This document shows, one piece after another, positions 48,464 to 58,539 of a stretch of 64,000 bases of DNA. Below the pieces are notes generated by a model. The model was not told the DNA's origin. It did not search any database and saw nothing but the letters and a program-made list of their open reading frames with translations. The DNA comes from Desulfatiglandales bacterium (GTDB lineage Bacteria; Desulfobacterota; DSM-4660; Desulfatiglandales; Desulfatiglandaceae), in contig OY762721.1 of NCBI GenBank assembly GCA_963666345.1, positions 1,216,001-1,280,000 on the forward strand, given 5' to 3'. How positions within the stretch are numbered: position 1 is the stretch's first letter; every line of letters begins with the position of its first letter. A program made the translations under genes and the position numbers.

Positions 48464-50545
48464 ATGGGCAAAATCATAAAATGGGCAATCATCGCCTTTT
48501 CCGTAGTCTTAGTGGTGGCGTTAATCGCCGGTTATATAATATTGGCAGGTTACGATTTCAATTCACTCAAGCCCCGGATAAGCAAGGCAGTCAAAGACTC
48601 CACCGGCCGTAAGCTCGTAATAGGAGGCGACATCGACCTGGCAATCGGCATAAGCCCTTCACTGGTTATTGAAGACATACGGTTTCAAAATGCCGCCTGG
48701 GGCTCCAGACCCGAAATGGTGACAGTGAAGCGACTGGAAGTAAAAGTGAGTCTTATTCCCTTGCTCGGTGGTAACATCGCAATCGAACGTTTAATCCTTC
48801 TTGAACCTGACATGTTGATTGAAACCGATAAATCGGATGTCACCAACCTGAGCTTTGAAACCGGAAAACCGGATAAAAAAAAGGCACGGGAAAAATTAAC
48901 GGCGGCAGAGGACGGAATGACGATTCCCGCCCTGGGTTTCAAGGAACTTCTCATCCAAAACGGCATTCTCACACATTTTGATTTCCGTACCGGTGACTCC
49001 CATCAGGTTGTCCTCAGACGGCTGAGCCTGGATAAAGTAGGCTCGGACTCACTCCTTGCTCTTGATATGATTGGAACTTTTAACGGCAGGGACTTCACGG
49101 CAAGCGGTGATCTCGGACCCCTGAAGGCTCTCGCAGACGAGAAAAGACCCTGGTCCGTGGATCTCAAAGCTGAAGCCCTGGGTATCGATTTGGGTCTTAA
49201 AGGAACGATTAAGGACGTATTGTCCCAAAAGGGACTTGATATCGCCTTTTCAATCCAGGCGAACGATTTTGCCGAGCTGAACCGGGTTACAGGCCTGGAT
49301 ATACAACTTATTCCGCCATTTAAGGTCTCGGGCCGGGTATCCGACCCAGGACCCGAAGCGTACCATATCTCTGAGTTCAAGACTCTTCTGGGCGCCACGG
49401 GCTTGGCCGGGGATTTAAAGATCGACCTTTCCAAAAAACGCGCCAAGGTCAAAGGCTCCCTTTTTTCAGAAAAAATGGATCTGCGTCCGCTCATGGCCCG
49501 AATGAAGGACGCGCCGCTCCAGTCCAAAGAGGCAGTGAAACCTTCGGAAAAGGTGTTCTCCGCCACACCTCTGCCTTTGGAAGGATTATCCGCGCTAGAT
49601 GCGGAACTTTTGTTTAAGGCAGGTCGAATTCTGACACCGCAGTTGGCGGTAAGGGACCTGAACCTCAAAATGATCCTCAAAAATGGGAAATTGGCCATTA
49701 AACCGCTTACAGCCTTGATGGGCGGGGGCAATCTTGAAGCAATGGTCGATCTGGTGCCTGATGGCAAGGCAGCGACGATACACGCTACTTTGAAGATAAC
49801 CTCTCTTGACATAGAAAAGATGTTAGAAGAACTAAAGGCAGGCGACATGGCATCGGGCAAACTGGATATGGATGTGGATCTAAAAGGCAAAGGTGATTCC
49901 CTAGCCCGGCTCATGGGTTCACTCAACGGGAAATCAATACTTATGATGCATGAGGGCCTTATCCGCAACAGTTATCTCGACCTGCTGGGCGGGGACCTGA
50001 CGGGCAGGCTGATTCAGTTGCTCAACCCGGCGGCCAAGAATAAGGATTATACGGTGGTAAACTGTCTGGTAAACCGATTCGATATCCGCAACGGAGTGGC
50101 GGACGCGACGGTCCTTGTCTTTGATACCGAGCAGATGAGTGTGGTGGGTGAGGGAAAAATAGATTTGGGCAGGGAAACCATCGATCTCGGCATAAAGCCT
50201 CAACCCAAAAAGGGGCTGGGGAAATTCGGTTTCAGCCTGGGCGAACTGGCAAAACCTTTAAGGTTGGGTGGAACACTTGCAAAACCCTCTCTGAAACTGG
50301 ATACTGCTCAGGCCTTAACTGCCATAGGTAAGGCGGTAGGCGGAATCGCACTTTTCGGCGGTGTCGGTATCGCCGCAAGCCTTGTGGGAAAAAAGGGAGA
50401 AAAAAATCTTTGCGAAATCGCCATGGAGGCGGCCAGAACCGGAATAAAACCGGGGGCGGCCGTCGAAAAGAATCAACCCGGGCAGGTGGTTGAAGAAACC
50501 TTAAAGGGTATAGGCGGCACCTTGAAAGGGCTTTTTGAAAAATAG
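48464..50545 (+). CDS. AsmA family protein
   Basis: N-terminal anchor, KPRISKAV..STGR.L.I.GDI; beta-rich body; C-terminal G.G.IDL..E.IDL...PL...GTL..P. Confidence 0.85.
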   Translation: MGKIIKWAIIAFSVVLVVALIAGYIILAGYDFNSLKPRISKAVKDSTGRKLVIGGDIDLAIGISPSLVIEDIRFQNAAWGSRPEMVTVKRLEVKVSLIPLLGGNIAIERLILLEPDMLIETDKSDVTNLSFETGKPDKKKAREKLTAAEDGMTIPALGFKELLIQNGILTHFDFRTGDSHQVVLRRLSLDKVGSDSLLALDMIGTFNGRDFTASGDLGPLKALADEKRPWSVDLKAEALGIDLGLKGTIKDVLSQKGLDIAFSIQANDFAELNRVTGLDIQLIPPFKVSGRVSDPGPEAYHISEFKTLLGATGLAGDLKIDLSKKRAKVKGSLFSEKMDLRPLMARMKDAPLQSKEAVKPSEKVFSATPLPLEGLSALDAELLFKAGRILTPQLAVRDLNLKMILKNGKLAIKPLTALMGGGNLEAMVDLVPDGKAATIHATLKITSLDIEKMLEELKAGDMASGKLDMDVDLKGKGDSLARLMGSLNGKSILMMHEGLIRNSYLDLLGGDLTGRLIQLLNPAAKNKDYTVVNCLVNRFDIRNGVADATVLVFDTEQMSVVGEGKIDLGRETIDLGIKPQPKKGLGKFGFSLGELAKPLRLGGTLAKPSLKLDTAQALTAIGKAVGGIALFGGVGIAASLVGKKGEKNLCEIAMEAARTGIKPGAAVEKNQPGQVVEETLKGIGGTLKGLFEK

Positions 50546-50612
50546 CAGGCATGGAGTCACTGCTTCAGCCGCTTCAGCCGGTTTTTTTACGCGCTATCAT
50601 CAATGAAAGAGG

Positions 50613-50807
50613 TCATCCGCATATCTCTTTGACCCGCCCCACATCCCCGCTTGTCAGTCTCACCTTTATGCCGTGAGGATGTGAAGGAGAATTTGTCAGG
50701 ATATCCCTGACAAACCCTTCGGTCAATTTACCGCTTTTCTGGTCTTTTTTCAGTACTATCCTGACTTTAAGGCCCTGCTTTATATTCAACCTTTTCTTTC
50801 CATCCAT
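50613..50807 (-). CDS. YwbE family protein
   Basis: IVLKKDQ.SG.LTEG.V.DILTNS..HPHGIKVRL..G.VGRV. Confidence 0.9.
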   Translation of the reverse strand: MDGKKRLNIKQGLKVRIVLKKDQKSGKLTEGFVRDILTNSPSHPHGIKVRLTSGDVGRVKEICG

Positions 50808-50911
50808 ATTATACTCCGGACTGCTATCAAATAAGACGACGGGATCAGTTTTTATCCCCTGTTTTTACCTTACCGCCTCAGCTTATTCAATATCATTATA
50901 TTTAATAGCAT

Positions 50912-51535
50912 CTAGAGTAAAGGCATGATGGTGAAGATTGCCGTACTCCAGACCGAGTGAGATATGATTGCCGCTGCAAGATTATCGGTGCGCCAGTAAA
51001 AGGCGCCCCAGAAAGCCCCCGCAACCGCGGCCGCCCCGATTAGGATGAAATTCATGGAGCAGATATGGACACCCGCATATAACGAGGTTGCAAGCAGGTA
51101 TCCTTTCCAGCCGCCGAGACGTTCCTGCAATCCCTTTTGAAGAAAACCCCGCCAGAAGATCTCTTCACTCGGGCCGGTAATAAGAAAGAGAAGGATTGAG
51201 ATGACCCAGGCTTGAGTGCCGGTCCCTTTGCCGTAGATGGCTCCGATCTGATCTCCTGCAAAACCGAAAAGTTGAAGACAGACCACACGGCCTATCATAA
51301 ATATGAAATAAAGGGCTATGGCGGCAGAAATGCCAATTACAAAGGACCGGGCGTCAAACCGGAGAGCGGATAAAATCCCTTTTCTCAACATCAAGGAAAG
51401 AGAGGCCAGTATTGCCGCAGACAGGGATATCTTTATCCAGAAGTTGCCCGCAGGGACGGCAAAGGCCAATACCCACAGCCCAAAGGCAAGTGCGATTAAA
51501 AGCGCAAATGATCTCCAGCCGGGCCTCTTTTTCAA
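50912..51535 (-). CDS. CPBP (CAAX/Abi) intramembrane protease
   Basis: EEIFWRG, YAGVH, SH..W. Confidence 0.88.
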   Translation of the reverse strand: MKKRPGWRSFALLIALAFGLWVLAFAVPAGNFWIKISLSAAILASLSLMLRKGILSALRFDARSFVIGISAAIALYFIFMIGRVVCLQLFGFAGDQIGAIYGKGTGTQAWVISILLFLITGPSEEIFWRGFLQKGLQERLGGWKGYLLATSLYAGVHICSMNFILIGAAAVAGAFWGAFYWRTDNLAAAIISHSVWSTAIFTIMPLL

Positions 51536-52434
51536 ATTATACTCTCAAGTAGAAGTGAGATGACCAGTAATGTGCCGAAGGCGGTATTCAGTTGTGCTGT
51601 GCGGGCATCCGCATCCTTGGGTACCTCGCGGATCATCGCCTTGACAAGTTTGAATGCAATAGGCAGCGAGAAAAGTACAATGAGGGACCATTTCCCGAGG
51701 GGTCCGATAAAACACATCATTATAATGGAAATAAGTGCCGCCAGTACCATGGATACATAGACGATGGGTCCGTTATTACGTCCGAAGATCATGGCCAGAT
51801 TTCTTACATCAGCCTTTGCATCGGTTCCCACATCGCGCAGGTTATTGGCGAAAAGGACCAGCGCCACAAGCACACCGAACGGAATGGATACCCATAACGC
51901 GGCCCAGCTGAAGTGCCCTAGCTGAACAAAGTAGGCGCCCTCCACTGCCAGCGGTCCCCACATGAGGAATACTGAAAACTCCCCCCAGGCCCTGTATTTA
52001 TAAGACAAAGGAGGGGCGGTATAAAAAACGCCGGCGACAACTCCAACTACACCTATCCAGAGGATCTCCCAGCCGCGAAGGTATACGAGAGACAAACCCA
52101 GCGCAATGCCCAGGGAAAATAAAACAATCGAAACCCATAGCACCGGCATGGGATAAATTTTACCTTCAACCAAAGGGTGTGGCCGGTACTGTGTTGTGGC
52201 TGCCTCTTCAATATCCACGCCGCTTCTGTAATCAAAGAAGTCGTTCATCAGATTGACGCCGCCGTGTAACGCAATCATGGCAACAGCGCTTAAAAGGTAC
52301 AAACTCCATGAAAAAGCACCATGAGTGGCTGCAAGGGCCGCCCCCACGCTGACTGATATTACGGACATGCTGAATGACCAGGGCCGCATGGCTAAAAACC
52401 AGTTTTTATGGAAACTCATAGTGTAATACCTCAA
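51532..52434 (-). CDS. menA: 1,4-dihydroxy-2-naphthoate prenyltransferase (UbiA family)
   Basis: RPWS, NDFFDYRSGVD, YTAPP..YKY...GE, NNLRD..TD. Confidence 0.85.
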   Translation of the reverse strand: MRYYTMSFHKNWFLAMRPWSFSMSVISVSVGAALAATHGAFSWSLYLLSAVAMIALHGGVNLMNDFFDYRSGVDIEEAATTQYRPHPLVEGKIYPMPVLWVSIVLFSLGIALGLSLVYLRGWEILWIGVVGVVAGVFYTAPPLSYKYRAWGEFSVFLMWGPLAVEGAYFVQLGHFSWAALWVSIPFGVLVALVLFANNLRDVGTDAKADVRNLAMIFGRNNGPIVYVSMVLAALISIIMMCFIGPLGKWSLIVLFSLPIAFKLVKAMIREVPKDADARTAQLNTAFGTLLVISLLLESII

Positions 52435-52570
52435 AATAATAGGTGATTTGTGAAGGGAAGATATTATATATCGATTTCATGTGTCAATCATCAATGCAAT
52501 GGGCATGGTCAATGCTACTCCTGGCTCTTCCCTGCTTGGACGCCTCATCAGGCAAATAATCCCCGGCCGG

Positions 52571-53662
52571 TTACCCCTGAAAGGGCTTATGGTTCATTAC
52601 TGCCCGTTCGGCTGTTCTCAGGGCTCCTTCGAGATAACCGCCGTGCCGGCTTGCAGTTTCAGTGCCGGCGAAATGGATGGTGCCTTCCCAGATAGAGGTT
52701 TTTCCTGCCGGGGGGTGATAGAGTGGGTGTTCGTACATGGGCGGCTGATCGAACCTGGTGGCGGTAAATCTCTCACGGGCCCAATCCTTGTAGAATAATG
52801 CCGCAGGCTGTGCCGCAGGTCTGCCGTAGATGATTTCAAGCTGGGATATAATCGCCTCGCGCACGTTCTGTTCATGGTTTCGCTGCACCGCCGGAATACC
52901 CACAAAACCGGTCAGTCCGTAGGGAGTCCCGCTGCTGTTTGAACCGTCATGGATCTCCCCGAGCGGTCCTCTCTGGCTGAAGGCCTCACCCGAGAAACCC
53001 TTCCGCCTCCAGAAAGGCTCTTTATAAAGGGCGCAGAACTTGGCCTGTCCCGCCATCCACGTCCCGATTTTAAGCATCTCCTGCGTCAGATCATGAGACA
53101 GCTCAGGGTCAAAGAGGATGGTTGCTGCAACAAGGCGCGGCGGCAGGGCAAGTATCACCTTTCCTGCACAAAACCTGGCCCATGGCTCTTTTTCCAGCTC
53201 TCCCACGCTCACCAGAGCGCCTGTCGGCTTTTTCTCGATCCTGCAGACCGGATGATTGAGCCTTATCCCGTTTTCAGGAATATCCTCACTCAGTTTCGCT
53301 ATAAGTGCACTCATGCCGCCTTTAAGGCGCCAGGAAAGAGGCTCCATTGCGTAACCGCTCACGGTCCGGGCGGTCCCGTCGGGGCCTTGAAACCGGCCCA
53401 GCCCCTCTTCAAACTGGCGATATCCCTTAAGGCCCAGGGTCTCAATAAGTCGCGCCATTTTCGGGTGAATATCAGGCCAGTACCAGGAGGGGCCGAGATC
53501 GGAGAAAAAACCTTGATGCTCCGGGCTTAATATCCTGCCCCCAATACGATCTCGGGCCTCAAGAACGACAAAGGATTTATTTCTCCTCGTAAGCAGCCAG
53601 GCGGCATAGATACCGCTCAGACCGCCTCCGATAATAATGGTATCAACTGTTTCCGTTGTCAT
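52571..53662 (-). CDS. Flavin monoamine oxidase family protein
   Basis: IIGGGLSG, EARDRIGGR, DLGPSW, FAGTE...GGYLEGAL. Confidence 0.88.
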   Translation of the reverse strand: MTTETVDTIIIGGGLSGIYAAWLLTRRNKSFVVLEARDRIGGRILSPEHQGFFSDLGPSWYWPDIHPKMARLIETLGLKGYRQFEEGLGRFQGPDGTARTVSGYAMEPLSWRLKGGMSALIAKLSEDIPENGIRLNHPVCRIEKKPTGALVSVGELEKEPWARFCAGKVILALPPRLVAATILFDPELSHDLTQEMLKIGTWMAGQAKFCALYKEPFWRRKGFSGEAFSQRGPLGEIHDGSNSSGTPYGLTGFVGIPAVQRNHEQNVREAIISQLEIIYGRPAAQPAALFYKDWARERFTATRFDQPPMYEHPLYHPPAGKTSIWEGTIHFAGTETASRHGGYLEGALRTAERAVMNHKPFQG

Positions 53663-53740
53663 TAAGACAACCTAACAATAAACAAAAAATAGTCAATATC
53701 CGAATTAACCATCCCTTCAGATAGTTTTTCTTTCGGGACA

Positions 53741-53782
53741 CCCCATTGTCGACCTAATATTTTATCAAGGTTGACAATGGGG
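53741..53782. promoter_or_regulatory. BirA operator
   Basis: TTGTCGACC-N14-GGTTGACAA (extended by CCCCA/TGGGG), fitting the TTGTAAACC-N14/15-GGTTTACAA consensus, directly upstream of birA-bioY. Confidence 0.9.
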
Positions 53783-53841
53783 TGCTTTGATGCTATTAAC
53801 CACGTCTCCAACAGGATACGGATCAATAAGGGGATAAAGAC

Positions 53842-54813
53842 ATGACAACAAAGGACCTGTTGCTGGGGTATCTGAAGCAGGAAAACGGGAACTGGGTATC
53901 GGGCGAGGCACTGAGCACCAGGATAGACGTTACCAGGTCGGCCGTCTGGAAGCAGGTATGCGCCTTAAGGGATGAAGGGTACAAGATAGAGTCGTCTCCA
54001 AGGAAGGGATACATTCTGAAATCGGTTCCGGATCTTCTTCTTCCGGGCGAGATACAGCAGAATCTTAAAACGGAGTTTTTCGGAAAAGTGGGCATATATC
54101 ATTTCGCTGAGACGGATTCCACCAACATTCAGGCAAAGGCCCTTGCGGCAGAGGGCGCTCCCGAGGGTACCCTGGTAGTTGCCGAAAGCCAGAGCAGGGG
54201 AAAAGGCAGAAAGGGACGCAAGTGGTTTTCCCGGTCCCTTGGAGGGATATATTCCACAATAATTCTCAGGCCGAAAATAGCACCTAACGAGGCACTCAAG
54301 ATACCCCTGCTGACCGCCCTGGTGGCGGTAAAGACACTGCTGGCAATCACGCCTATAAAACCCACCATAAAATGGCCAAACGACATACTCGTTAACGGCA
54401 GGAAACTGGGCGGAATCCTTACCGAGATAAGCACGGAAGTGGATGAGGTCGATTTTGTAATAGTAGGATTCGGCATCAACATCAACACCGCCGAATTTCC
54501 GGATGACATAAAGCCGATCGCCACATCCGTTCTGCTCGAAACGGGCCGTACCCTCTCAAGGACGCTCTTTGTAAAAGAATATCTCAAAAACTATGAAGAA
54601 ATCTACGGCATCTTTATCAAAGGCGGGTTTGATCCGCTCATGAATGAATGGAGAACGCTCACCAATATCGTAGGCCATATGATCGCAGTCGATATGATAG
54701 GAAAGAGGGTCACAGGCCAGGTGGAGAAGATCGACAAAGAGGGGGCACTCATACTCTGGGATGAACAGGGAAACCAACACAGAATCTATTCCGGAGACGT
54801 CACATATCTATGA
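53842..54813 (+). CDS. birA: Bifunctional biotin ligase/repressor
   Basis: N-terminal wHTH SGE..S...VTRSAVWK, DSTN, GKGRKGRKW, KWPND, KLGGIL. Confidence 0.95.
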   Translation: MTTKDLLLGYLKQENGNWVSGEALSTRIDVTRSAVWKQVCALRDEGYKIESSPRKGYILKSVPDLLLPGEIQQNLKTEFFGKVGIYHFAETDSTNIQAKALAAEGAPEGTLVVAESQSRGKGRKGRKWFSRSLGGIYSTIILRPKIAPNEALKIPLLTALVAVKTLLAITPIKPTIKWPNDILVNGRKLGGILTEISTEVDEVDFVIVGFGININTAEFPDDIKPIATSVLLETGRTLSRTLFVKEYLKNYEEIYGIFIKGGFDPLMNEWRTLTNIVGHMIAVDMIGKRVTGQVEKIDKEGALILWDEQGNQHRIYSGDVTYL

Positions 54814-55352
54814 AAAATAACAGCATGACTGTTCAGGGAATGGTTTATGCCTCCCTGTTCGGGGCGGCAACCGCCGCAGGGGCTTATATAATCATTCCAA
54901 CGCCGCCCGTTCCCATTACACTTCAGACCCTTTTTCTCATGCTTGCGGGTACCCTGCTCGGCGGCCGGCTGGGAGCGATGAGCCAGATCGTATACATCCT
55001 TATAGGGTTAATGGGTCTGCCGGTTTTCGCCGGGGGAAAGGCGGGGCTTGGAGTCCTGTTCGGACCCACAGGAGGCTACCTCATAGGGTTCGTGGCAGCC
55101 GCTTTTGTAATAGGCTGGATGATGCAGATGAAAAAGAACGCCGGTGCGGCATGGGCCGCCTTTTCCATGGTAGTGGGAACAGCGTTAATCTATCTTCTGG
55201 GTGTTGCCCAGCTCTCTATTGTCGCGAAACTTTCCCTTATAAAGGCGGTTTCCCTTGGCGTGGTTCCCTTTCTGATCGGGGATGCCGTAAAGGTGACTGC
55301 GGCTGTAATCATATACACAAAACTGAAAGGCCATATCAGGCCCGAGAGATAG
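54810..55352 (+). CDS. bioY: Biotin ECF S component
   Basis: PVPITLQT, GLPVFAGG, GPTGGYLIGF, PFLIGD..K. Confidence 0.95.
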   Translation: MKNNSMTVQGMVYASLFGAATAAGAYIIIPTPPVPITLQTLFLMLAGTLLGGRLGAMSQIVYILIGLMGLPVFAGGKAGLGVLFGPTGGYLIGFVAAAFVIGWMMQMKKNAGAAWAAFSMVVGTALIYLLGVAQLSIVAKLSLIKAVSLGVVPFLIGDAVKVTAAVIIYTKLKGHIRPER

Positions 55353-55356
55353 AAAA

Positions 55357-56196
55357 ATGATAAAAGTAAGGGATCTTTCATACAGATATGAATCAGGGAA
55401 CGAACCTGCCCTCAATGGGATAGACCTTGAGATTGAAAATGGTGAATACTTAGCCGTCATAGGCCCCATAGGGTGCGGTAAAACCACCCTTATAAGACAC
55501 TTAAACGGCCTTCTTATACCCTCAGGGGGAGAGGTATCCGTGGACGGGATGGATACAAGGGACCGGGAGAACCTTAAAAGGATCAGGCAGAAGGTGGGGA
55601 TGGTGTTTCAGAACCCCGACAATCAGATAGTCGGCATGAGCGTCGAGGAAGACGTGGCCTTCGGTCCCGGCAACCTGGCGCTTTCCCGGCACGAGATCAG
55701 GGAAAGGGTGAACGCGGCCCTGACCCTGGTGGGACTTGAAGGCTACAAAGACAGGGCGCCATATTCCCTTTCAAGCGGGGAAAAACAGCTTGTCGCTATA
55801 GCCGGAGTGCTTGCCATGGACCCTGATTACATAATACTTGATGAGCCTACCGCGCACCTGGATCCGCTAACCGCTAAAAAGGTGCTCCGGGTAATGGCCG
55901 GACTCCACGGAAAGGGTATCTCCATATGCCAAGTCTCACACAGCATGGATGAGATCGTCGCGGCGGACAGGGTGCTGATAATGAGCAGGGGTGAAATCAC
56001 CCTGCAGGGCACCCCTTCGGAGGTCTTCAGGGATCCCCCTGCCCTTAAAGGCCTGGGTCTTGAACTTCCCCCTGCGGCGGAGATCATGTGGCGGCTCAAG
56101 GGCAGGGGAATCGAGGTAAGAGCCGACATAGTTACGTTAGAGGAGGCCTGCGCGGAGCTGGCCGGGCTCATAGACGGTTCACAAATCAGGCGGTGA
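55357..56196 (+). CDS. ECF transporter ATPase
   Basis: GPIGCGKT, FQNPDNQ, LSSGEKQ, LDEPT. Confidence 0.93.
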   Translation: MIKVRDLSYRYESGNEPALNGIDLEIENGEYLAVIGPIGCGKTTLIRHLNGLLIPSGGEVSVDGMDTRDRENLKRIRQKVGMVFQNPDNQIVGMSVEEDVAFGPGNLALSRHEIRERVNAALTLVGLEGYKDRAPYSLSSGEKQLVAIAGVLAMDPDYIILDEPTAHLDPLTAKKVLRVMAGLHGKGISICQVSHSMDEIVAADRVLIMSRGEITLQGTPSEVFRDPPALKGLGLELPPAAEIMWRLKGRGIEVRADIVTLEEACAELAGLIDGSQIRR

Positions 56197-56221
56197 AGTC
56201 GGAGCGGTAAAGGGACAGGAC

Positions 56222-57001
56222 ATGTATATACCGGGACATTATATAGCGGGCGATTCCTTCATTCACAGGCTCGATCCCAGGGTAAAGCTTCTTTCCGTAA
56301 TAGCGCTGAGCCTTTTGATCCTTTCGGCAAACCCTGCTGCAGAGGCCGTCATAAGTCTCTTTCTGTTTTCCCTGATTGTAATCTCCCGGATATCGCCGGC
56401 CGTACTTTTAAGGAGCCTGCGACCGGTTTTTGTTTTCATCGCGATTCTTTTTCTGCTGCACCTGCTCTTTACAGAGGGTACGCCTGTTCCGCCTTTTCCC
56501 GACTGGCCCGTAACAGTCACATTCGAAGGACTTGGAAGAGGGCTTACGGTCTCCTGGCAGTTTGTGCTTCTGGTGCTAAGCGCATCGATACTCACCGCCG
56601 CCACATGCCCCACGGAACTTGTAGCCGCCATGGAAAGGCTTTTGAGGCCCTTCAGTTCTTTTGGAGTGCCTTCACACGATATCGCCATGATGGTGTCCAT
56701 GGCCTTCCGTTTTCTACCTACCTTTGTTCAGGAGTCTGCAAGGATAAAAGAGGCCCAGATGGCAAGAGGGGCCGGATTCACAAAGCTCACCATCAAATCC
56801 AGGCTGAGGGCGGCCGTATCCTTTTCCACGACACTGGTTATAAATTCCTTCAGAAGGGCTGACGAACTGGCGACTGCCATGGAGGCAAGGGCTTACAGCC
56901 GCGGGCACCGCACCTGTTTAAGGGAACTCAGACTCACCCGGATCGACTATCTGGCAACCGTTATGGTTTCAACCTTTATTGGCGCGTGTGTCATCATGTA
57001 G
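56222..57001 (+). CDS. ecfT: ECF transporter T component
   Basis: LDPRVK, RFLP, AQMARG, AMEAR. Confidence 0.92.
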   Translation: MYIPGHYIAGDSFIHRLDPRVKLLSVIALSLLILSANPAAEAVISLFLFSLIVISRISPAVLLRSLRPVFVFIAILFLLHLLFTEGTPVPPFPDWPVTVTFEGLGRGLTVSWQFVLLVLSASILTAATCPTELVAAMERLLRPFSSFGVPSHDIAMMVSMAFRFLPTFVQESARIKEAQMARGAGFTKLTIKSRLRAAVSFSTTLVINSFRRADELATAMEARAYSRGHRTCLRELRLTRIDYLATVMVSTFIGACVIM

Positions 57002-57003
57002 GC

Positions 57004-58086
57004 CTATGCGCCCGGTTTTTTGAGGTCAAAATAGTCTTCCACACCGGACAGGGAGATATTGATCTCCTTTTTCAGGTACCTTTTTTTTGCCCTTCCTATC
57101 CTTTCAAGGGAATGGTGCAGCCTCTCAAAGGTTATATTACCCTTCAGGATATGCCATCTTATTGCCTTTATGGATTCATGAACCCCTTTCTGCTTGTTGC
57201 ATATGAGCAGTATGTCCGTACCCGCCTCAAAGGCCCTGAGAGCGCCTTCAGCCACCTGCATGCCGCCTGTGATGGCACCCATGTCCAGATCATCGGTAAT
57301 AACAAGCCCGGTAAATCCAAGTTTTTCCCTTAACAGATCCGTTATGATCTTCTTTGACAGGGTCGCTGGATTTTCCGGATCAAGGCATGGATATACCGCG
57401 TGGGAGGTCATAATGGAGGATACTCCCCCGTCGATTGCACCTTTAAACGGCGGGAGATCCGCCTTTTCAAGCTCTTTCCCGGTAAGATCCATAACGGGCA
57501 GTTTATGGTGAGGATCAAGGGGGGCGGCACCCAGACCCGGGAAATGCTTTGCCACCGCCATGACACCCCTTTCCTGGAGCACCTTTATTACGGTCAGGCC
57601 CAGAGTTCCCACAGCTTCCGGATCGTTTCCGAACATGCGGCCTGAAAGGTGTTTTTCAGGCTCACCCCTTCTCACATCAAGGACAGGGGCCATATCCATA
57701 TTGAGGCCCACAAGCCTCATCTCCTTTGCGGTCACCTCCGCGAACCGGATCGCCTTTTCAAAAGGGTCGGGGTCTTCACCTATGGCGCTGTTTCCCGGGA
57801 AAACGGTAAAAGGCTCCTTCAGTCTGGCAACCCTTCCCCCTTCCTGATCCACCGCTATAAAAAGGGGAATACCGTTGTATTTCATTGCCCTTTCCTGCAG
57901 ATCCGCGCATAACCTTGCAAGCTGAAAAGGATCCTTTATGTTCCTTGAAAAGAGGATAATACCACCGAGTGAGAAGTCGCGTATCAATGCGTCCGTCTTC
58001 GAGTCAACGACAGGGCCCGGCATGCCGGCCATGAAAAGCCTGCCGATCTTCGCGTCAAGCTCTGATAGATCAAGTGTAGGGTTCAT
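57004..58086 (-). CDS. nagZ: GH3 beta-N-acetylhexosaminidase
   Basis: GGIILFSRN, DQEGGRV, APVLD, KHFPG.G...D.H, TDDLDM. Confidence 0.92.
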   Translation of the reverse strand: MNPTLDLSELDAKIGRLFMAGMPGPVVDSKTDALIRDFSLGGIILFSRNIKDPFQLARLCADLQERAMKYNGIPLFIAVDQEGGRVARLKEPFTVFPGNSAIGEDPDPFEKAIRFAEVTAKEMRLVGLNMDMAPVLDVRRGEPEKHLSGRMFGNDPEAVGTLGLTVIKVLQERGVMAVAKHFPGLGAAPLDPHHKLPVMDLTGKELEKADLPPFKGAIDGGVSSIMTSHAVYPCLDPENPATLSKKIITDLLREKLGFTGLVITDDLDMGAITGGMQVAEGALRAFEAGTDILLICNKQKGVHESIKAIRWHILKGNITFERLHHSLERIGRAKKRYLKKEINISLSGVEDYFDLKKPGA

Positions 58087-58226
58087 TATTATGCCTTATA
58101 TCTTTCTACGGATTTCAAACGATCAGGGGTTCCCTTGACAAACCTTCGAAGAATCCGTCACCGGAGCGAATTACTTCCAAATGGGCCGGCATTTTTTCCA
58201 CCCATTCCCACCTCAATTTTTTAACA

Positions 58227-58424
58227 CACAAGCGCAGACGCCGGGATTCTTTTTTCGGTCTTATCTCATAAAAAAATACCACGGACATCCGCAGTAGCCG
58301 CAGAACGGGCTTTCTTCCCGGCTGCCTTATCAGCTAAGGAACCACTTGCAAAAGTCCGCGGATGCGGTTACTTCTCCGAAAACAATAGAGAAGGCCTAAA
58401 AAAGAGTGCCGGTGCCGGAGCGTA
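58227..58424 (+). ncRNA. Structured ~200-nt rod-like element, copy 2
   Basis: Homolog of 7945-8143; stems TTTTTTCGGTCTT/AAGGCCTAAAAAA, AGTAGCCGCA/TGCGGTTACT, CGGGCTTT/AAAGTCCG; identical 3' end GAGTGCCGGTGCCGGAGCGTA. Confidence 0.65.
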
Positions 58425-58539
58425 TAGTTTCAAGATATTATCCCATTGACATATGCCCCGTTCAATTATAATCAGAAAATATCTATTGTAATTAAAAATA
58501 TTTTATTTCTCATCCTTTCTTGCTCCAACTGGAAAAGAC

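Noticed and set aside
49003..49968. 321-aa antisense ORF, and many similar shadow ORFs such as 1066-1752, 14797-15411 and 33262-33825
   Set aside because: They lie opposite well-supported genes, carry no motifs, and are expected from codon bias.
58220..58435. Rod-like element as an integron attC site
   Set aside because: No consistent RYYYAAC/GTTRRRY boxes in both copies, no cassette array and no integrase.
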